Source: an uncultured archaeon (lineage in GTDB: Archaea > Asgardarchaeota > Lokiarchaeia > Sigyniarchaeales > SOKP01). From it: a stretch of DNA of 29,301 bases. How positions within the stretch are numbered: the stretch's first letter is position 1; every line of letters begins with the position of its first letter. Made by a program: the position numbers and the translations under genes. Of the stretch, positions 24,869 to 29,301 are shown in pieces. The notes beneath the pieces were generated by a model, which saw only the letters and a program-made list of their open reading frames with translations, made no database searches and had not been told where the DNA came from. The stretch lies in the NCBI GenBank assembly GCA_964525635.1, contig CAZGJX010000047.1, positions 1 to 29,301 of the forward strand, written 5' to 3'.

Positions 24869-27061
24869 TTGAAAATTCAACAAAAAAGGAGTAGAATAAA
24901 ATTGTCAAAGCTGATTCCTTATGATATTAAAGGTTCTACAGAAGATGAATTAATTAAATCCCTAGAGAATCCTATTATTGTATTTGTAGGCGCAGGCTTA
25001 TCAATACCTGCTCCTACGTGTGCTCCTTCATGGTGGACATTAACTCAGGAATTACTAGGTTCATTCTTTGCAAAAGTTTCAAAATTAAAAGAGATAAAGG
25101 ATATGGGAGATCTTGATTTTAAAATTAATCGTCAACCTGAGGAAATATTCGAGAATTATTCGGCAATATTAGGCGATAGATTTTATGAAGTATTTAGTGT
25201 TTTACAAGAGGGGCATGCCAATATGGCTCATATAGCCCTTGCTCGTCTTATGAAAAATAAAATGATTCACTCAATAATAACAACCAATTTTGATCGTTAT
25301 CTCGAAGAGGCTCTTGAAAGTGAGGGAGTGATCTATAATTTAGTTGTTACGAATAGAGAATTCAGTGATTATAAGGATTCAAATTTTCCAGAAAATACTC
25401 TTCTTAAAATACATGGCACTGTTGAACGTCCTGATACGATAGTATCTATTGCTAGTCAATATAAAACATCAAAGGGATTTTCGATACCTAAAGCGGAGGT
25501 TTTTAGACATTTAATGAGTAAATATGAATGCCTTTTCCTTGGTTATTCTGGTTGGGATTATCTCCATAATAATTATAGAAATTTTTGGAAAAAAACTTCT
25601 CCTGTTATTACAGGAATTATTTGGAATATTCGACCTGGAGAAAATGAAGGCCCCCCATTAAATGAAATTATTCCAATAGAATCTTTTAGATTCACTAAGG
25701 GAGAACTACCAAGAACATTAATTGAGACAATTAATAAAATGAGTATTGATAATACAAACCTCACGACTTTAAATAAAGAAGAGTCAGATTATGAATTTGA
25801 TAAATCAACAGAGAGACGTAGAATATGGTTAAATACATGGATTGAAAGAATGCCTTTACCATATATTTTAGGTCTCACACTAACAGATATACAAAATTAT
25901 AGTAAAGAATGGCAGAATTATTTGAATGATGGATGGAAAGAAACAAAGCAAAATGTAGATCTTCAAATGGATTATAATCAACAAATAATGGACCTAATGC
26001 AAAAATTAAATAGTGGAGAACTTCAATATGCTGATTATCAAGAGAAGGTAAAAGAAATTATGGTGAAAAAAGAAGAAAAAGTCACACCAGAAGAAAAACG
26101 ACAAAAGGGAGTTTTTGATATACGTCCAATATTGAAACTTCTCATTGATTCTGTTCTTAATATAGAAAAAGAAAATTTTGAAGAGGGTATAGATGCTTTA
26201 ATTCTTTCAATACTTTATTTATCTGGGAGAGAAATACTTAAAGAGACAAGTAAGCTACTTCCTGATGGAGATATTGAAAAGATCCATATACTCATTGATA
26301 CTAAGATAGATGATTTTTCTACTATGGAGGAAATTGATAAAATTATTAGAGAGCAATTTGAAGATATATTTAAACGCTGTTCTTCCCTTAAATGTGAAAA
26401 AAATGTTATAGCAAAACTAGAATTGGGAATAGCTGCTATTTGGATGCAGTTAATGAAACGAGAATTTGTTGAGGAAAATAAAGCTTTTACTTCACAAGAA
26501 GCAGATTATCTTACATATAAATTTCCTTCAAATGTTTATAAAAAAATCCGTGATATATATAATCCAATTATTGATGAAATAGAAGCTTTTAAGCTATCTT
26601 ATCGTCAATTAATATATTCAAATTTAGCTCAACTCGCAGAAGCTGGAGATAATTTAGAACTTGCTGAATTTGCTGTAAAATCTTCATTAAAAGAAACAGA
26701 AGGAAAGGTCACTGAAGCAACACTACCACCCATTCCTGAAGCTCTTGCAGGTTTCTATGATCGCCATCAGGACTGGAAGAACGCTTTATATTGGTATGAT
26801 ATCGCACTTGAAGGATTATTATTTGTAAATATAAGAGCATATACCGATAAGGTAACCTATCGAGCAATGTTTTGCAATGAGAAACTTGGAAATAAAAAAC
26901 GAGCTCTTGAAATAGGATTACGATATTTATCAGATTATTCAGGAATAGAACTAGCTTTTGCTCCTATTCATAAAAAACATGCAAGAACTATGATTTCTAG
27001 ATTGACCAATGAACTAGGATATTCTTCAATTGAGGATGCTATTGTAAATTTAGTTAAATAA
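24869..27061 (+). CDS. SIR2_2 (SIR2-like, NADase-type) domain protein with helical/TPR-like C-terminus; start may be TTG 24902
   Basis: VFVGAGLS, PSW, IITTNFD, LLKIHG, LFLGYSGWD; no zinc cysteines; C-terminal helical repeats (IYSNLAQLAEAGDNLELA, LAGFYDRHQDWKNALYWYDIAL). GGAG at 24888-24891 precedes TTG 24902. Confidence 0.88.
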   Translation: MKIQQKRSRIKLSKLIPYDIKGSTEDELIKSLENPIIVFVGAGLSIPAPTCAPSWWTLTQELLGSFFAKVSKLKEIKDMGDLDFKINRQPEEIFENYSAILGDRFYEVFSVLQEGHANMAHIALARLMKNKMIHSIITTNFDRYLEEALESEGVIYNLVVTNREFSDYKDSNFPENTLLKIHGTVERPDTIVSIASQYKTSKGFSIPKAEVFRHLMSKYECLFLGYSGWDYLHNNYRNFWKKTSPVITGIIWNIRPGENEGPPLNEIIPIESFRFTKGELPRTLIETINKMSIDNTNLTTLNKEESDYEFDKSTERRRIWLNTWIERMPLPYILGLTLTDIQNYSKEWQNYLNDGWKETKQNVDLQMDYNQQIMDLMQKLNSGELQYADYQEKVKEIMVKKEEKVTPEEKRQKGVFDIRPILKLLIDSVLNIEKENFEEGIDALILSILYLSGREILKETSKLLPDGDIEKIHILIDTKIDDFSTMEEIDKIIREQFEDIFKRCSSLKCEKNVIAKLELGIAAIWMQLMKREFVEENKAFTSQEADYLTYKFPSNVYKKIRDIYNPIIDEIEAFKLSYRQLIYSNLAQLAEAGDNLELAEFAVKSSLKETEGKVTEATLPPIPEALAGFYDRHQDWKNALYWYDIALEGLLFVNIRAYTDKVTYRAMFCNEKLGNKKRALEIGLRYLSDYSGIELAFAPIHKKHARTMISRLTNELGYSSIEDAIVNLVK

Positions 27062-27290
27062 AGAAATTTAATCTTATTTTTCCTATTTTTTTATAAAATT
27101 TTTTGATTTTCTTTCATTTTTTTTCTTTTTTGTATTTGGAATGGTATTTACTAATCGTTCCTCTAATTCTTTTATACGTTCTTCAACTTTTTGAAAAAAT
27201 ACTCTAACCTAAAAAAAAAGGGAATTTTGATAGAAAGTCTTAATAATTCTCCCAATAAATATATAAATATTAGCTTAAAAATTTGGAAAA

Positions 27291-28316
27291 ATGACAGAGT
27301 CAAAAATCAAATCTAAATTGAATAAGTATGATAGAAGGCTTCTCGTGACAAGAATTATACCAGTTCTCTTTCTAAGTTGTGCTGTTTGGACATTTTCATG
27401 CTATTTGTTTGGTTTTTTGGTAGAATTTGAATTAATGTTTACTTTTATAAAACCTCCAATGTTTTACCTCATTGGAATCTTCTCTACGATATTATTATTC
27501 TTTCTCGCTCTATATTTATCCATTAAGGAGTATAATACTTCGGCATTTATCTTATATTTAGTACTTTCATTTGCTGCAGGTATTGTACCAACAGCATTAC
27601 TTTATTTCATGAGATTCTCGGGATTTCTTTATATTATTTTTTGCGTAGGTATCATCCCCTTTACAGTCATTTTATTCATGACGGGCATTTTAGGTAGGTT
27701 TTATTATTCAAAAGATGCTCGTGTATTTCAGGTTATTTTATCTTTTATCTTTACAGCTGTACCAGTGATTCTGTTTAATGTATTCTTTAAATTAGATGAT
27801 AATCTTTATTATTTTATTATTTCTCCTCTATTATCTTTTTATGTTTTGGTTTTAATTACCACCTATAGTGCAAGGATCTGTAAAGATTATAAAGCTAAGA
27901 CGTGGATGTTATTTTCGATTCGAGTATCAATAGTATTCCTATTATCTTTGTTACTTGTAGGAATCATTATTGGAATCATTGCTATAATAGTGTTAGCTAT
28001 TTTTGGAGATGGTGATCTAAGTGGTCTTAGTTTTGGGAGTAGTAGATCAAGCAGAAATAGACCAAATTTTTTATATAGACTCTTTTTTTATGCGCCTGGT
28101 CCTTACATAATTCCTTATAGAATAGATTCTTCTGGCTCAAGAGTCCCCATTAATCAGGAAAGTGTGCAACCAGAGGATTCCACAAAGGAAATACCCCCTA
28201 AACCTCCTCAGAGTACTGAAAAAACCACAGATATTAAAAAGATTAAGATTTGTTCTAAATGTGGTTATGAAAATAAAGATTGGACCTATTGTATTTATTG
28301 TGGATTTAAACTTTAA
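27291..28316 (+). CDS. 7-TM membrane protein with low-complexity tail and C-terminal zinc ribbon
   Basis: Seven hydrophobic segments; GDGDLSGLSFGSSRSSR and PPKPP linkers; CSKC-x9-CIYC at the C-terminus. Confidence 0.8.
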   Translation: MTESKIKSKLNKYDRRLLVTRIIPVLFLSCAVWTFSCYLFGFLVEFELMFTFIKPPMFYLIGIFSTILLFFLALYLSIKEYNTSAFILYLVLSFAAGIVPTALLYFMRFSGFLYIIFCVGIIPFTVILFMTGILGRFYYSKDARVFQVILSFIFTAVPVILFNVFFKLDDNLYYFIISPLLSFYVLVLITTYSARICKDYKAKTWMLFSIRVSIVFLLSLLLVGIIIGIIAIIVLAIFGDGDLSGLSFGSSRSSRNRPNFLYRLFFYAPGPYIIPYRIDSSGSRVPINQESVQPEDSTKEIPPKPPQSTEKTTDIKKIKICSKCGYENKDWTYCIYCGFKL

Positions 28317-28510
28317 TTTCTTTTTTTAATGTAATATTATAATACAGAATTCTTTATTTTAGATTGGTTGATAAATTATAATATTTACAATATCAAACAA
28401 AATTATTCTAAAACCTTATTTTGAACTTATAAATTTATCATAATGAAACAACTGCATATAAAATAACGTGAAAAAGTTAGATTATTAAAAGAGAACATTA
28501 ATTTTTTATT

Positions 28511-29254
28511 TTAGATTTTAGTGGTTTTCATTTTTAAAGATAAAGTGATCAAGGAAATTCCCACTATACTTAGAATTATCAATATATTATATCCTAAAAT
28601 AGTACCATTTTCATGAGGTTTTTCATTAGGAAAATCATTTGGATCATTAGGATCTGTCCCGGAATTTATTTCAATTCCATCAGAAAATCCATCATTATCC
28701 GAATCATAATTATTTGGATCTGTTTGATGTATATATTCCACTAAATTAGTAAGATGATCATTATCCGTATCATTATTAGCATCATTTATAAGAGGATTTA
28801 ATTTATTTATTATTTCCCATCCATCTGGCATTAGATCATCATCAGAATCAAAATCGTATGAATTTGTATAGTATATATTTTTCTCATTCCAATCTGAAAT
28901 ACCATCACCATCATTATCTGGACCAAATCTAAGCAAAAGTAGAATATCATCAATATAGGTCTCATCACCTTTAGTAAATCCAATGATATAAATATTTCCT
29001 GAATTATCTAATGCAATATCTCTACCTTCGGATGTAGCATTATCCCATTTTTTATTCCATATTAAATTTAATGAATTATCTAATTTAAGTAAATATAGAT
29101 AACCATCTTGATCAATACCAGTACCATAACTCTGAGTATATCCTGTAATATAAATATTGTTAAAATCATCTATAGTAATACCATATCCTCTATCGTTGTT
29201 GGAACTCCCCCAAGTCTTATTTAATAATAATGTACCATTTGAATCATACTTAGT
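28511..29254 (-). pseudogene. 5'-truncated surface protein: SBBP-type beta-propeller repeats, four bacterial TSP3-like Ca-binding repeats, Loki-CTERM-like tail (extends track ORF 28511-28936)
   Basis: The frame stays open upstream of 28936: TKYDSNGTLLLNKTWGSSNNDRGYGITIDDFNNIYITGYT...LLKLDNSLNLIWNKKW...EGRDIALDNSGNIYIIGFT. It is bounded by an in-frame TAG at 29258-29260, with no start or signal peptide. DxDxDG-like repeats and ILGYN+TM+KMK follow. Confidence 0.82.
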
Positions 29255-29301
29255 GTCCTATAATTATTAAGCTTCACCTCCTCTCTTCGAATAAATCTTA
29301 T

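Noticed and set aside
16100-25764. Track ORFs 16100-16282, 19881-20102, 20983-21207 and 25573-25764
   Set aside because: Antisense overlaps of long, motif-supported genes.
27056-27208. Minus-strand open stretch VRVFFQKVEERIKELEERLVNTIPNTKKKK...
   Set aside because: No start codon, and largely derived from T-rich terminator-like sequence; may be a gene remnant but cannot be assigned.
29275-29282. Perfect GGAGGTGA on the minus strand as the RBS of the propeller gene
   Set aside because: Followed by in-frame stops (TAA TAA ... TAG) and no start codon.

Overview
AT-rich window with archaeal signals (TATA boxes, GGTGA/TGAT-type ribosome-binding motifs, oligo-T terminators). It is most likely from an Asgard archaeon (Lokiarchaeia/Promethearchaeota), inferred from a TPR+longin-like protein and three I-[PSL]-[GS]-Y-N + TM + basic C-terminal tails (Loki-CTERM-like). 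The left part is a cell-surface polymer-degradation region: a 1830-aa clostripain (C11) protease with 12 PPC-like repeats, and a modular GH5-FN3-GH12-Ig-cohesin-dockerin enzyme split by a one-base frameshift inside the cohesin. The cellulase, a slyD remnant and a membrane protein gene lie between two ~140-bp direct repeats. The middle holds a doubly frameshifted small surface-protein gene, the TPR-longin gene and a 1331-aa surface protein. The right part is a stress/defence-like cluster: a divergent sirtuin, a Rieske oxygenase, a VapBC pair with a candidate operator, a SIR2_2 (NADase-type) protein with a helical C-terminus, a 7-TM zinc-ribbon protein and a truncated beta-propeller/TSP3 surface protein. 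The best candidate for an undescribed system is the cellulosome-like bifunctional cellulase carrying both cohesin and dockerin. No rRNA, tRNA, CRISPR array or intact transposase was seen. All family calls come from motif recognition by eye, not database searches.
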